From NCBI GenBank assembly GCA_015661555.1, contig DQVW01000056.1, forward strand, positions 1-41,739: a DNA stretch of 41,739 bases. The letters run 5' to 3'. A model generated the notes under the pieces. The model ran no database searches and had not been told where the DNA came from. It saw only the letters and a program-made list of their open reading frames with translations. The translations under genes and the position numbers were made by a program. Position 1 is the first letter of the stretch. Each line of letters opens with the position of its first letter. The stretch comes from Methanothermococcus okinawensis. Its GTDB lineage: Archaea; AGJL01; Methanococci; Methanococcales; Methanococcaceae. Of the stretch, positions 9,704 to 21,295 are shown one piece after another.

Positions 9704-11623
9704 TTATCCCTTTAACCTCTCCTCTATCTTAGATCTCACTATCTCACTTACAGTTTTACCATCTATTTTCCCCCTTAAAACAGCCATACACTTGCCCATA
9801 AGTACCCCCATGGCTCCCATACCCTTACTTCTAACAAGATCTATATTCTCCTCAACTATCTCTTCTATTATTTTTTCTGCCTCCTCCCTGGAGAGGGATT
9901 TAAGACCCTTCATCTCCAGTATCTCATCTAAACTTCTATCTGGATATTGGGCAAATCCCTTAAGCACCTCAACTATGGCCTCCTTGGACATCTTACCCTC
10001 AACCAGCCCCTCAAATAACGCTAAAAAGTGTTCCCTCTCAATATTATCTATATTGTAACCCTCCCTCTTGATCTCCTTCAAGGTATTCTCCAAGGTTGTT
10101 GCAATAAGTGTAGGTTTTATCCTGCCCTTGAACCTCTCACATAACTCCTCAAAGAGTTGAACCCTTGGAGAGGTTATGAGGATCTCTGCCAACTCCCTGT
10201 TCAATTTATACTCCCTTATAAACCTCTCCAACTTCTCCTCTGGCATCTCTGGGAGATTTCTTTTTATACGTTCCAGGAGTTCCCCCTCTATCTTAATAGG
10301 TGGTATATCTGTCTCTGGGTACATTCTGGCAGCCCCTGGCAAAGGTCTTAGATAGGTGGTATTCCCATTCTCAAGTGCCCTCCTGGTCTCCTCAGGTACC
10401 CCCTTAATAGCCTCCCTGGCCCTCTCTATAACTGCCTCAAGTGCCTTATCCACCTTCTCCTCCTCGTCCCCTATAAAGACTATGGCATCCTCAAGGGTTA
10501 TCTCTACTCCAAGTACCCTCTCCATATGCTCTTTTATCCTCTCTACCTCCTCCTGGGTGATACCGTAGTTGGGAAGTTCATCTGTATGGAAGAGACCTCC
10601 TACCCCCGCTATAACCTTGGCCCTATCTGCCAACTCAGATCCCAGCCTTCTACCCTCCTGTATCTCTCTACCTATAAGACCTCCAAAACCCTTTAACACT
10701 ATCCCCTTTATCCTCCCACCCTTCTTCAACGCCCTCTGTAGTACCTTACATTTAGTATCCCTTAATATCTCCGTTAAATCTACCACCCTCTCAATCACTT
10801 CAGCCCCTCTCTCCCTCAGTATCCTGGATATCTCCAGGAGGTTCAACTGCCTAATTACCTCCTTCTCAATCACCTTCTCTATGAGGTCCAGATCCTGTAC
10901 CCCCTTTATCTCCACCCTGGCCCCATCCCTAATGGAAATGTTGATATCCTGTCTTATGGTCCCCAGTCCCCTCTTAACCTTCCCAGTGGCCCTGAGTATC
11001 ATACCTATCCTCTTTGCAGTCTCCCTTCCCATCTTCGGGGAATCTATATCAGGCTCTGTTGAGATCTCCAGCAGTGGTATGCCTAACCTGTCCACCCTAT
11101 ACTTTATATAGTCCCTTCCCTCCTCCACCTTCCTGGAGGCATCCTCCTCCAGACATAGGCTACTAATTCCCACCTTACCATACTCTGTCTCCACGTATCC
11201 ATCCTTCCCTATGAACATGGTTCTCTGGAACCCCGAGGTGTTAGAGCCATCTATGACTATCTTCCTCATGGTGTGTATCTCATCTACTATATCCATGTTC
11301 ATAAGGAGGGCAACCTGTAGTGCAACCTCTAGGGCCTCCTGGGAGGGGGGATGAGGGGGCTCCTCGTCTAACTCCACTAAACAGGTGGTGTCGTTGTAGT
11401 ACTGATATAGGTAGTACTTACCCTTTTTCCACTCTACAAGGGCTGCCCTATCTACATCTCCCATCTCACTCTGGGATACCCTTAGGAACCTCTTAATCTC
11501 TCCATGGGGTTCATCCTCCCTTAACACCGTTGGACAGTTGCAAAATAGTTTTCTACTGGTGTCCAACTGCTGATGTATCTCTAAACCTACCTTTAGGCCT
11601 AGCTTCCTGTAGTCTAACTCCAC
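9704..11623 (-). CDS. gatE: Glu-tRNA(Gln) amidotransferase subunit E
   Basis: GLKVGLEIHQQL, KIVIDGSNTSGFQRT, RGLGTIRQD and RPLPGAARMYPETD. Probable GTG start at 11623. Confidence 0.96.
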   Translation of the reverse strand: MELDYRKLGLKVGLEIHQQLDTSRKLFCNCPTVLREDEPHGEIKRFLRVSQSEMGDVDRAALVEWKKGKYYLYQYYNDTTCLVELDEEPPHPPSQEALEVALQVALLMNMDIVDEIHTMRKIVIDGSNTSGFQRTMFIGKDGYVETEYGKVGISSLCLEEDASRKVEEGRDYIKYRVDRLGIPLLEISTEPDIDSPKMGRETAKRIGMILRATGKVKRGLGTIRQDINISIRDGARVEIKGVQDLDLIEKVIEKEVIRQLNLLEISRILRERGAEVIERVVDLTEILRDTKCKVLQRALKKGGRIKGIVLKGFGGLIGREIQEGRRLGSELADRAKVIAGVGGLFHTDELPNYGITQEEVERIKEHMERVLGVEITLEDAIVFIGDEEEKVDKALEAVIERAREAIKGVPEETRRALENGNTTYLRPLPGAARMYPETDIPPIKIEGELLERIKRNLPEMPEEKLERFIREYKLNRELAEILITSPRVQLFEELCERFKGRIKPTLIATTLENTLKEIKREGYNIDNIEREHFLALFEGLVEGKMSKEAIVEVLKGFAQYPDRSLDEILEMKGLKSLSREEAEKIIEEIVEENIDLVRSKGMGAMGVLMGKCMAVLRGKIDGKTVSEIVRSKIEERLKG

Positions 11624-11657
11624 AATACCACCGTTAAAAAAATATAAAAAAGTTAGT

Positions 11658-11954
11658 TTAATTACCATCTACAATACTATCCATGGTATCTATAATGGTT
11701 TTTACCTTTGGGTTTACTATGTAGTAGTAATTCCAGGTACCCTCCTTTCTCGCCTTTATGAGTCCAGATTTCTTCAGTATGTTGAGGTGGTGGGAAATAG
11801 TAGGTTGTGGCTTTTTTAACTCCTCTATTATCTTACATACACACATACTCTCGTTTTCACTGAGTAACTTCAATATCATCAACCTCGTTGGATCTGCAAA
11901 GGCCTTGAATATCTCAGCCATTGTTTCATACTTACTTGTATCTAAGTTGTCCAT
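11658..11954 (-). CDS. ArsR/SmtB family transcriptional regulator
   Basis: FKAFADPTRL.IL, CVC metal-site-like motif, QPTISHHL..LK..GL and RKEG.W.YY. Confidence 0.93.
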   Translation of the reverse strand: MDNLDTSKYETMAEIFKAFADPTRLMILKLLSENESMCVCKIIEELKKPQPTISHHLNILKKSGLIKARKEGTWNYYYIVNPKVKTIIDTMDSIVDGN

Positions 11955-11987
11955 AACATCACCACAGGAAGTAATCCTTACTAAAAA

Positions 11988-12029
11988 ATAGCGATAACAT
12001 TGTATATATAGATTTTTATATATCGCTAT
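11988..12029. promoter_or_regulatory. putative ArsR-type operator/promoter upstream of the ArsR gene
   Basis: Imperfect 9-2-9 palindrome ATATATAGA-TT-TTTATATAT (12004-12023) plus inverted repeat ATAGCGATA (11988-11996) / TATCGCTAT (12021-12029). Confidence 0.45.
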
Positions 12030-12042
12030 ATAAATATTTTGA

Positions 12043-12738
12043 TTACTTCTTTTTTATCCTTATAAGAACACTCCCTGGATTTTTCACACCTTTGAAAGAG
12101 GAAACCATACCAACAAGGGTATTTTTAACAACCTTGGAAACAAAGGGATTTAAAGGTATTCTCCTTCCATCTACTACAAGTTCCACCTCTGTAGAGAGTG
12201 TACAGTCCCTCCAACTTAACTCTCCCCTAATCAACCTCTCAACAAACTCCCTACAGTTATAGCCACAGTGCCCACAGTTAAGGTTGTAAGTGGGAACAAC
12301 ACTCTTATTCAGGATCTCTTTAACAACATCCTCCCTATTATACTTCATATTTTCAACGACCATAAAGGTATGACTATCTACAAGTTCCCTCCCCTCCCCA
12401 TCTCTCACAGTAACTATCTTAGGTATATTCAACTCCTTCAACTTCTCCTTAAACCCCTCCACTATAACAAGGTCAGCCTCTAACTTAGAGAGTATCTCCT
12501 CCAAGTCCAATGTTCCATAGAAAAAAGTAGTTCTACCTTTAACATCTGAGAGAACTGTTATATCTGCATACCTCTGAAATCTGTGGGTGTCACTTCCCTC
12601 CCTATCTACCTCTACAGGGTGGCCACTGTGTTTCACCACAGCTACCTTGAGACCCTTCTCCTTCAACACCCTCAATACCTCACATATCAGGGTAGTTTTG
12701 CCGGAGTTCTTAGGACCTACAACTCCAACAACCCTCAA
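12043..12738 (-). CDS. mobB: molybdopterin-guanine dinucleotide biosynthesis protein MobB
   Basis: GPKNSGKTT, VKH, D.EG.DT.R, VEGFK and C-terminal FeS motif NCGHCGY.C. Confidence 0.9.
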   Translation of the reverse strand: MRVVGVVGPKNSGKTTLICEVLRVLKEKGLKVAVVKHSGHPVEVDREGSDTHRFQRYADITVLSDVKGRTTFFYGTLDLEEILSKLEADLVIVEGFKEKLKELNIPKIVTVRDGEGRELVDSHTFMVVENMKYNREDVVKEILNKSVVPTYNLNCGHCGYNCREFVERLIRGELSWRDCTLSTEVELVVDGRRIPLNPFVSKVVKNTLVGMVSSFKGVKNPGSVLIRIKKK

Positions 12739-12768
12739 GGTATCACCTTATAAAAAGTATGGATAAAA

Positions 12769-13983
12769 TTAGAAGGTTTTTATCTCCCCCTTTATAACCT
12801 TCTCCATCACCTCTGGAATTTTATTTAACCATTTTTCAGCAATATCCTTTGCCCTGGGCTCTATCTCCTCTATGCTGTAACCCTCCTCAGTTATTATCTC
12901 TATGTCCAGGATTTTCGGTTCATTAATAGGCCTTCCTATCTGGCTAAGTATTCTAACGTAACACTCCTTAACCCCCTCTATCTCTGCAACCTCCCTGGCT
13001 ATTATATGGGCAAGTATGTTGTATATCTTACCAACATGGTTTACAGGATTCTTACCACTGGCCGCCTCCATGCTCATAGGCCTAAAGGGAGTTATCAACC
13101 CATTTACCCTGTTACCCCTTCCAACTGAACCGTCATCCCCCATCTCTGCAGAGGTCCCAGTTACTGTCAGGTATACACTTTCACCACAATCTGCAGTGTT
13201 TATAAATACCTCCACCTGGTAATCTTTTGCAATCTCCTTAGCCAGCTTCTCCACCTTCTCCTTAACCTTCCTCTTTACCTCGTAGTACTCCTCAAGGGAG
13301 TTTACGTATTTATCTACCACGGCCATGGCTATAGTTAAGGTAATCTTCTTCCCCTCCCTTAGACCCATAACCTTTATATCCTCTCCAACTGCTGGAATCT
13401 CTTCCTTCAACTCTTTACTGTTTAGGAATTTCTCTGTCTCCAAGACCAGTTTCTCCGTAGTACTCAGTGGGGCATACCCTACACCAAAGGAGGTGTCATT
13501 TGCCAGGGGTATCTCGGATTTTCTCCTTTCAAATACCTCTACTAGATCTGTAGAGCCCTGTCCCATCCTACAGTCTATTATCACATCCCTATCTATGTTT
13601 AGATTTCTCAGGGTCTTCCTTAGATAGGCCCTTGCAGCCTCGACGGCAACAGTTCCCGTGGGCAATTTAACAATCTCACCCTTCTCCTTATCCAGTATCT
13701 CCATAGTAGCCCTTCCAGATATGAGGATGTAGATGGGGTTAACCATATGACCCCCTCCAAATTTGGGGTAGGCGTGGCCACCAACAAGTTCCACCTGGTC
13801 TGTGTTGTGGTGAAGGATGGTACCTACCTTCTCCCTGTACATCTTGCAGAGTGCAGTGCTTACACTTTCAGCTATACCGTCGCAGATACTGTCTGGATGT
13901 CCTAGTCCCTTTCTCTCCACGATTTCAATGTCCCTCTCCTCTACAGGGGTAGTGTTTAACTTTTTAACTACGATATTGGCCAC
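12769..13983 (-). CDS. mat: archaeal S-adenosylmethionine synthetase
   Basis: [38 protein letters not shown] and [13 protein letters not shown] start at 13983 lies 5 nt after GGTG. Confidence 0.96.
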   Translation of the reverse strand: MANIVVKKLNTTPVEERDIEIVERKGLGHPDSICDGIAESVSTALCKMYREKVGTILHHNTDQVELVGGHAYPKFGGGHMVNPIYILISGRATMEILDKEKGEIVKLPTGTVAVEAARAYLRKTLRNLNIDRDVIIDCRMGQGSTDLVEVFERRKSEIPLANDTSFGVGYAPLSTTEKLVLETEKFLNSKELKEEIPAVGEDIKVMGLREGKKITLTIAMAVVDKYVNSLEEYYEVKRKVKEKVEKLAKEIAKDYQVEVFINTADCGESVYLTVTGTSAEMGDDGSVGRGNRVNGLITPFRPMSMEAASGKNPVNHVGKIYNILAHIIAREVAEIEGVKECYVRILSQIGRPINEPKILDIEIITEEGYSIEEIEPRAKDIAEKWLNKIPEVMEKVIKGEIKTF

Positions 13984-14007
13984 GATATCACCAGTTCCCA
14001 TTTATGA

Positions 14008-14862
<855 letters not shown>

Positions 14863-14893
14863 CTTTTTTCTAATTTTTAATTAAAATTTACAT

Positions 14894-15397
14894 GTGAAGA
14901 TAATGGAGAAGGTTAAAATTAGAAGGATGAGATACGAGGATATTCCCCAGGTGGTGGAGATAGAGAGGGACTCTTTTCCTCAACCCTACCCCCCACCTCT
15001 TATAATGCAGATACTCTCTTACTTTCCCGAAGGATTTCTAGTGGCAGAGGATGAGAGGAGTAAGAAGGTAGTGGGCTACATCATGGGACTTATAGAGTTT
15101 GGACATGGACATATAATATCCATTGCAACCTCTAAGGAGTATAGGAAAAGGGGTATAGGTAGCGCACTACTAAAGGAACTGGAGGATATTCTCTTTAAAA
15201 AATACAACGTTGCCTATATAACTTTAGAGGTAAGATTCAACAACAGGGAGGCAAGATTGTTCTACTACAGGAGAGGTTACATGGACAAGAGATTGCTACC
15301 AAGGTATTACGAAGACGGTACAGATGCTATTCTCATGATAAAAAAGAATCCCTATATTCAACTACCCAGTCCTCCAGTTGTAGTGAGTATGTGGTAA
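14894..15397 (+). CDS. rimI: RimI/Ard1-like GNAT N-acetyltransferase
   Basis: GHIISIA, R..GIG, LEVR..N..A..FY...G and YYEDG.DA. Confidence 0.88.
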   Translation: MKIMEKVKIRRMRYEDIPQVVEIERDSFPQPYPPPLIMQILSYFPEGFLVAEDERSKKVVGYIMGLIEFGHGHIISIATSKEYRKRGIGSALLKELEDILFKKYNVAYITLEVRFNNREARLFYYRRGYMDKRLLPRYYEDGTDAILMIKKNPYIQLPSPPVVVSMW

Positions 15398-15400
15398 ATT

Positions 15401-16405
15401 ATGATAGATAGGAAGATCCTCTTTCGTGGCAAATTCCTGATAAAGGTTTTAGCCCTTCTTGCAATACTTTACTACCTCTGTATTAAATTAAAAATCTACC
15501 AGTATCTCCACCTCTTAGAGTTGTATATCAACGAGATAGTTTTAACGGCAACCCTTATACTAGGTACTTTGATATTCCTGGATATCTCCCTTGAATTGAT
15601 AAGGGAATTCTTTGAAAAGAGGGGGGAGTTAAGAGATTATCCAATTTTTGCATCAGTTTTTAAATATGTAACATGGTTTGTCGCCGGATTGATAGGCATC
15701 TCTATTCTATACCACGATATAGGTTCCCTTTTAATGTCCCTGGGTATTATTGGTGCAGCCCTTACCTTTGCACTCCAGAGACCTATCATGAACTTTGCAG
15801 GGTGGATAAATATAGTGATAACAAGGCCCTTTAAGATAAACGACAGGATACATATAAAGAACATAGGGATGGGTGACGTATACAAGATAGACACTATGCA
15901 TATCTATCTAAGGGAGGTTGTTGGAGAGCCCACTGGAAGAACCCTTATAATACCTAATGCCTACGTACTAACTAACGCCATAACTAACTACACCAAGGGA
16001 TCACCCTATATCTGGGATAACGTCAAGGTGGTAGTTACCTATGAGAGTAACTTTGAAAAGGCTAAGAGGTTAGTCTTAGAGGCCTGTGAAGAGGTGGTAG
16101 GAGATCTTATGAAGGAGTTGGCGGAGATCTGGAGAAATAAGCCTAGACCCTTTACAAGTGCAAAGGTCTACGACAGACCTATTCTCAGGGTGAACTTCTT
16201 AGAGAGAGGTATTGAGTTAAAGGTTAGATACCTGGTAAATACCTTTGAATGGGCAGAGGTAAAGACCGAGATACTCAATAGAATAATAGAAAAGATCAGG
16301 AGAGAGAAGGATGTGGAGATAGCCTATCCACATCTGGAGGTTATATACAGACCTAAGGAGAAGGACACCTCTAAAGAACACTTAAAGCCTCCTTCACCAA
16401 CTTAA
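15401..16405 (+). CDS. MscS family mechanosensitive channel
   Basis: TM helices; GAALTFALQ..I.NF.G, RPFK..DRI, IPN and EIAYPH. Confidence 0.92.
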   Translation: MIDRKILFRGKFLIKVLALLAILYYLCIKLKIYQYLHLLELYINEIVLTATLILGTLIFLDISLELIREFFEKRGELRDYPIFASVFKYVTWFVAGLIGISILYHDIGSLLMSLGIIGAALTFALQRPIMNFAGWINIVITRPFKINDRIHIKNIGMGDVYKIDTMHIYLREVVGEPTGRTLIIPNAYVLTNAITNYTKGSPYIWDNVKVVVTYESNFEKAKRLVLEACEEVVGDLMKELAEIWRNKPRPFTSAKVYDRPILRVNFLERGIELKVRYLVNTFEWAEVKTEILNRIIEKIRREKDVEIAYPHLEVIYRPKEKDTSKEHLKPPSPT

Positions 16406-17711
16406 CACTTTTCTCCAGGAGATCCTTTGCAACAGAGCTATTTTTTCCCTCCACCCTTATCCTTATGCAGGGCTCAGTTCCAGAGGGTCTTATAAGTACC
16501 CAGCCCTCCTCCAGATTAAATCTAGCCCCATCTACAGTTTCAGGACTCCTCTGGAATACCCTCTCCCCATGCTCTATAACGTACTTCATAACAGGGGACT
16601 TCTTACTTTCCTCACAGGGTATCTTCTCCCTTAGATTTACATAAGAGGGTACCTGGTCTAAGAGATTACAAAGTTTCTCATCGAAGTACTCCATCATCTC
16701 CAAAATCCTTAAACCAGAGAGTATTCCATCAGGAGTCATGTGAACATCTCCATGGATCCATGTACCAGAGGGCTCTCCTCCAAAGAGGGCTCCATACCTA
16801 GAGAGTGCCTGGGACACTGCCACATCTCCCACTTTGGTCCTAATAACCTTAACTCCATCTCCAAGGAACTCCTCCAGGGACATAGAGGCATCCACCGTAG
16901 TTACAATCACCTTACTCCCAGTTTTTTCCACTATATATTTGGAGAATACTGCAAGTAACTTGTCAAAATCTGCCATCCTACCTCTCTCATCTATAGCTAC
17001 CATCCTGTCCCCATCTCCGTCATGGGCTATCCCTATGTAATCCCCCCCTCCCTGATTCAATCCCTTAACTATCCTCATAGTCTCCTGAAGGTTCTCCCTA
17101 TTAGGTTCAGGCATCCTCCCTACAAATCTTCCATCGAGGTGGGCATTTAGGGATATAACATGGGACCCCACGTCTGTAAATAGATAGGGGGAAATGACAG
17201 CACTTGCTCCGTTGGCACAGTCCACAACTACGTTAAACTCCCTAGAGATTGAGAGATGTTTAAGGATATGATCTCTATACTCCCTATGTGCATTCTCATC
17301 CCTTAACACCTCTCCTACAGATCTCCAATCTACCCTTTTAAAATCACCTCTAAGTATTATCTCCTCGATCTCCCTCTCCTCCTCAGGGCTGTAGGGGGTA
17401 CCATCTCTTTTAAAAAGCTTTATACCGTTGTACTCTGGAGGGTTATGGGAGGCAGTAATCATAACACCTACCTGGTGTTTCCCCGTGGAAAAGCCTAAGG
17501 TTGGAGTGGGGACAATACCTATATCTGTAATAGTGCTTCCCCCACTTAAGAGACCTGATATCAGGGCACTCTTTATCATCTCCCCAGTAGTCCTGTTATC
17601 TCTGGCAACAACTACATCTTCCACCTTCTGGGATAGGGCAAAACCTACCTTATAGGCGATCTGAGGATCTAAGTCTTTCATCCTTATACCTGAGGTTCCA
17701 AAAAGTCTCAT
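16371..17711 (-). CDS. glmM: phosphoglucosamine mutase / phosphohexomutase
   Basis: LFGTSGIR, TASHNP, DGDGDR, GEPSG and RPSGTEP. Confidence 0.9.
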   Translation of the reverse strand: MRLFGTSGIRMKDLDPQIAYKVGFALSQKVEDVVVARDNRTTGEMIKSALISGLLSGGSTITDIGIVPTPTLGFSTGKHQVGVMITASHNPPEYNGIKLFKRDGTPYSPEEEREIEEIILRGDFKRVDWRSVGEVLRDENAHREYRDHILKHLSISREFNVVVDCANGASAVISPYLFTDVGSHVISLNAHLDGRFVGRMPEPNRENLQETMRIVKGLNQGGGDYIGIAHDGDGDRMVAIDERGRMADFDKLLAVFSKYIVEKTGSKVIVTTVDASMSLEEFLGDGVKVIRTKVGDVAVSQALSRYGALFGGEPSGTWIHGDVHMTPDGILSGLRILEMMEYFDEKLCNLLDQVPSYVNLREKIPCEESKKSPVMKYVIEHGERVFQRSPETVDGARFNLEEGWVLIRPSGTEPCIRIRVEGKNSSVAKDLLEKSVKLVKEALSVL

Positions 17712-17768
17712 GTTTATCAGCCTTAAATTAATTTAAATAAAAATAACAGTTACCTTATATATGGTGAT

Positions 17769-18758
17769 ATGGTGATTCTTGGGATTGATATAGGAGGGGC
17801 AAATACTAAGATAACAGAGTTAATGGGAGAGACTTACAGAATACATCACATCTACCTCCCCCTGTGGAAGAGGGATACTAGACTTGTAGAACTTTTAAGG
17901 AGATACAACAGTGAGGATGTGGAAAAAGTTGGTGTAGTTATGACAGCTGAGTTGGTGGATGTATACAGGAGTAAGAGGGAGGGTGTGGAGGATATATTAA
18001 AAACTGTAGAGAGGGCCTTTCCCAATAAAGAGATCTACGTTTTTGATGTAGAGGGAAACTTCCTAGATCTAGATGCTGCCAGGAGAAATTATATTAAAGT
18101 TTCTGCCTCAAATTGGACTGCCACCGCCCACTTTGTAATAAGGGATATCTGTAACAACTGTGTACTCGTAGATATGGGCTCTACAACAACAGATGTGATA
18201 CCTATAAGGGAGGGAAAGGTACTAGCTGAAAAGAGAGATCTAAAGAGACTGATGAGTAATCAGTTGGTGTATGTAGGGGCACTTAGAACCCCTCTCTCCT
18301 TTCTAAGCAGAACTGTAACCTTTAGAGGTTATGAGACCAATATCTCCTCGGAGTACTTCTCCATAACAGGGGATATAAACATTATACTAAGTAAGATAGG
18401 AGAAGAGGACTACACCTGTGATACACCAGATGGTGCCCCTGTAGATAGAGAGAGTTGTATGAGAAGGGTAGCTAGAATACTATGTAGTGATCTGGAGGAG
18501 GTAAGAAAGGAGGAGATCTTAGATATATCCCATCAACTCTACAGTAAACTCCTGGATATAATCAGATACAACGTAGACCAGGTCTCCCAGAGGTACGGTA
18601 TTGAGGATGTTGTTATTACAGGTCTTGGGGAGGGGATACTGAGGGAGGCCCTAGAGGGCTACAGAATTCTATCCATTGGAGAGAAATATGGAAGGGAGGT
18701 GTCCCTCTGTACTCCAAGTTTTGCAGTGGCTAAGTTGTTAGAGGACTGGGAAAAGTGA
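17769..18758 (+). CDS. mfnF: hydantoinase-like methanofuran biosynthesis protein MfnF
   Basis: GIDIGGANTK, VMTAEL.D, ASNW, DMGSTTTD, LRTP, SEYF and TPDG. Confidence 0.85.
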   Translation: MVILGIDIGGANTKITELMGETYRIHHIYLPLWKRDTRLVELLRRYNSEDVEKVGVVMTAELVDVYRSKREGVEDILKTVERAFPNKEIYVFDVEGNFLDLDAARRNYIKVSASNWTATAHFVIRDICNNCVLVDMGSTTTDVIPIREGKVLAEKRDLKRLMSNQLVYVGALRTPLSFLSRTVTFRGYETNISSEYFSITGDINIILSKIGEEDYTCDTPDGAPVDRESCMRRVARILCSDLEEVRKEEILDISHQLYSKLLDIIRYNVDQVSQRYGIEDVVITGLGEGILREALEGYRILSIGEKYGREVSLCTPSFAVAKLLEDWEK

Positions 18759-18762
18759 AAAC

Positions 18763-19134
18763 ATGGGATACAGTAAAAGGAAGACAAAAAAGATAAAGGA
18801 AATAGCCCTGGAGAGGATAGAGATCCTGATGAACCTGGCTGAAGAGGCCTACAGGAAGGGGCAACTGGAGAGGATGAGAAGGTATATAGAGTTAAGTAGA
18901 AGGATTGCAATGAAGGCAAGGGTACCTTTTCCAAAGAAGTGGAAGAGGAGGATATGTAAGAAGTGTCTTACAGTACTTATCTACGGGGTGAACTGTACGG
19001 TAAGAACTGTCAGTGACAAGAGCTGTCCCCATGTAGCTATAAAGTGTCTAAACTGTGGTAACGTTATTAAGATCCCAATGGTAAGGGAGAAAAAGCTAAA
19101 GAGAAGGCTTAAAAGAATGGCATCTACAAAATAA
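18763..19134 (+). CDS. rnp4: ribonuclease P protein component 4 (Rpp21)
   Basis: IA.ERI..L, RY..L.R.I, KR.ICKKC and CLNCG zinc ribbon. Confidence 0.93.
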   Translation: MGYSKRKTKKIKEIALERIEILMNLAEEAYRKGQLERMRRYIELSRRIAMKARVPFPKKWKRRICKKCLTVLIYGVNCTVRTVSDKSCPHVAIKCLNCGNVIKIPMVREKKLKRRLKRMASTK

Positions 19135-19145
19135 AAGGTGATCCA

Positions 19146-19961
19146 ATGGTAATCAAGGTTGCAGTAACTGGTGCTCTGGGGAGAATGGGTAGTGGAATTA
19201 TAAAGAGCATATGTGAGCATCCAGATCTAAAATTAGTTGCTGCAATTGAGGCTCCCAATCATGAGAAGAGGGGAGAGGATATTGGTAGGCTGTTAGGTAT
19301 AGGTGAGGTGGGGGTAGTACTGGAGACTGCCGATAGGCTGGAGGAGGTTTTAAGGGAGAGTAGACCTGATGTTCTCGTTGATTTTACAACCCCTGAGGCC
19401 ACTGTAAAAACTGTTAAGGTCTCTGCACCCCAGGGTATAAATCTAGTTATTGGAACTACAGGATTTACAGAGGAACAGAGGAGGGAGATAGAGGATACTA
19501 TAAAAAAATATGGAGTTGCCGCTGTAATATCTCAAAACTACGCTATAGGGGTGAATATATTCTTCAAGGTCTTGGAGTTTTTAGCTAAAAAACTTGGAGA
19601 TTACGACATAGAGATAGTGGAGATGCATCACAGGTACAAGAGGGATGCTCCTAGTGGTACTGCCCTGAGGGCTGCCAAGATTATAAGTGACAACCTAGAG
19701 AGGGAAGTCTCCATTATCTACGGGAGAGTAGGTATCCTTGGAGAGAGGAAGAAGGAGGAGATATGTATTCACGCTATAAGGGGAGGGGATGTTGTAGGGG
19801 AGCATACAGTTATATTTGCAGGGGATGGTGAAAGGCTGGAGGTTACCCACAGGGCCAGTAGTAGGCAAGCCTTTGTAAATGGGGTGATACGTGCAATTAA
19901 ATTCATCGCTGGGAAGAGGGGAGGTATATACGATACCTTCGATGTACTAGGTCTAAGGTGA
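19146..19961 (+). CDS. dapB: 4-hydroxy-tetrahydrodipicolinate reductase
   Basis: [31 protein letters not shown] and RGGDVVGEH. Confidence 0.96.
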   Translation: MVIKVAVTGALGRMGSGIIKSICEHPDLKLVAAIEAPNHEKRGEDIGRLLGIGEVGVVLETADRLEEVLRESRPDVLVDFTTPEATVKTVKVSAPQGINLVIGTTGFTEEQRREIEDTIKKYGVAAVISQNYAIGVNIFFKVLEFLAKKLGDYDIEIVEMHHRYKRDAPSGTALRAAKIISDNLEREVSIIYGRVGILGERKKEEICIHAIRGGDVVGEHTVIFAGDGERLEVTHRASSRQAFVNGVIRAIKFIAGKRGGIYDTFDVLGLR

Positions 19962-19965
19962 AACC

Positions 19966-20595
19966 TTGAGGGAATTTATACTCAAGGCCAACAAGGCTAT
20001 AACCTCAGGGGACATCAATCTCAAGGACCTTCCAGGTAGTTGTGGTAGGCTGGACCTAGTATGCAGATGTGTAAGTAGTGCATTTTTTCTCTCCCACGAT
20101 ATAAGGAGGGATACTGTCTTCTACTCTGTACACTACGGAAAACCTAACCCCCCAGTGGCCCTGAAGTTTGTGGGATCCCAGTTGAAGAGGGTAAGCCCAG
20201 ATGAGAGAAGTATCGCCATATTTATAAAGAAGGCTCTAAGTAGGGAACATGGACCTCAGTGGAGGGAGAGTACCCCAGGTATATACCATGCTAAAAAGGA
20301 TTTCAGGGAGATTGTACTTGAGAAGGTAAGAGAGGGGAGAAATGTCTACCTCCTACATCTAAAGGGGAAACCTATAGAGGAGGTTATAAATGAAGAGACA
20401 TATCCAGAGATTAGAGAGAGAGGTTTTGTCTTTATACTTGGAGATCACATAGGACTAGGTGAGGAGGACGAGAGGTTTTTAAGGGATTTAGGAGTGGAGA
20501 GGATATCACTCTCACCCCTGGAGTTACATGCAAACCAGTGTATAGATATAGTTCACAACGTACTGGATAAGTTAGAGTACAGGAAAGTCATATAA
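19966..20595 (+). CDS. trmY: tRNA (pseudouridine54-N1)-methyltransferase
   Basis: DLPG..GRLDL.CRC, LSH..R, PDERS, FILGDH.G and SL.P..LHA. Confidence 0.93.
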   Translation: MREFILKANKAITSGDINLKDLPGSCGRLDLVCRCVSSAFFLSHDIRRDTVFYSVHYGKPNPPVALKFVGSQLKRVSPDERSIAIFIKKALSREHGPQWRESTPGIYHAKKDFREIVLEKVREGRNVYLLHLKGKPIEEVINEETYPEIRERGFVFILGDHIGLGEEDERFLRDLGVERISLSPLELHANQCIDIVHNVLDKLEYRKVI

Positions 20596-21237
20596 CTCTA
20601 TACCCTTTACACCTACTCCCTCCCCTGTAGAGATATGGGAGATAAAGAAGGATAGGGGGGAGGGATTTACTATATAGGTACTTCCCAACTTGTCTATACA
20701 TCTACTCTCATGTATATGACCACAGGCTACCAGTAGAGGTCTGTACTCCTGGATAATTCTCCTTATAGCTATACTACCTACGTGGCCATCTAAGGTTCTA
20801 TCTGCCATTGTATTGTAGGGTGGGGCATGGCTTATCAGTATAAATCTACCTTTGATATCCTCTTCAATCTCTCTAACAGTGTTTATAAATTTAAAGTATA
20901 GCTCCTCCTCGGAGTACTCGTTGGGGGTGTTAAAGGGTGTTCTGTTACTTCCACCGATACCTACGTAGTAGATGCCATCTACATTGACCCATCTCCCATC
21001 TAGATTTATACCTAACCTATTCATCTTTTCTATAACCTCAAGGGTGTCACAGTTTCCAGGGACTGCAAATATTTTTATACCTTCTTCTTTTAGATACCTT
21101 AAGTAATCTATCACCTTCAAATCCCGACCAAAGTGTGTAATGTCCCCTGAAACAAGTAGTACATCTGGTTTATACTGAAGTACCCTGCTCAGATGGTGAT
21201 ATTTACCATGAAGGTCAGTTACCCCTATCACCCTCAA
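20572..21237 (-). CDS. calcineurin-like metallophosphoesterase
   Basis: D.HG, GD, GNCD, HAPP and GHIHE motifs. Confidence 0.9.
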   Translation of the reverse strand: MRVIGVTDLHGKYHHLSRVLQYKPDVLLVSGDITHFGRDLKVIDYLRYLKEEGIKIFAVPGNCDTLEVIEKMNRLGINLDGRWVNVDGIYYVGIGGSNRTPFNTPNEYSEEELYFKFINTVREIEEDIKGRFILISHAPPYNTMADRTLDGHVGSIAIRRIIQEYRPLLVACGHIHESRCIDKLGSTYIVNPSPLSFFISHISTGEGVGVKGIELYDFPVL

Positions 21238-21295
21238 GTTATCCCCCTGTTTTTTTAAAACTTATAGTATTTCTTTTTATAAAAAAGGTGATTTA

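Noticed and set aside
567-11954. arsA plus ArsR as an arsenic-resistance locus
   Set aside because: They are 10 kb apart with no arsB/acr3/arsC. The ATPase is single-domain with GET3-like Met-rich insert and CxxC features.
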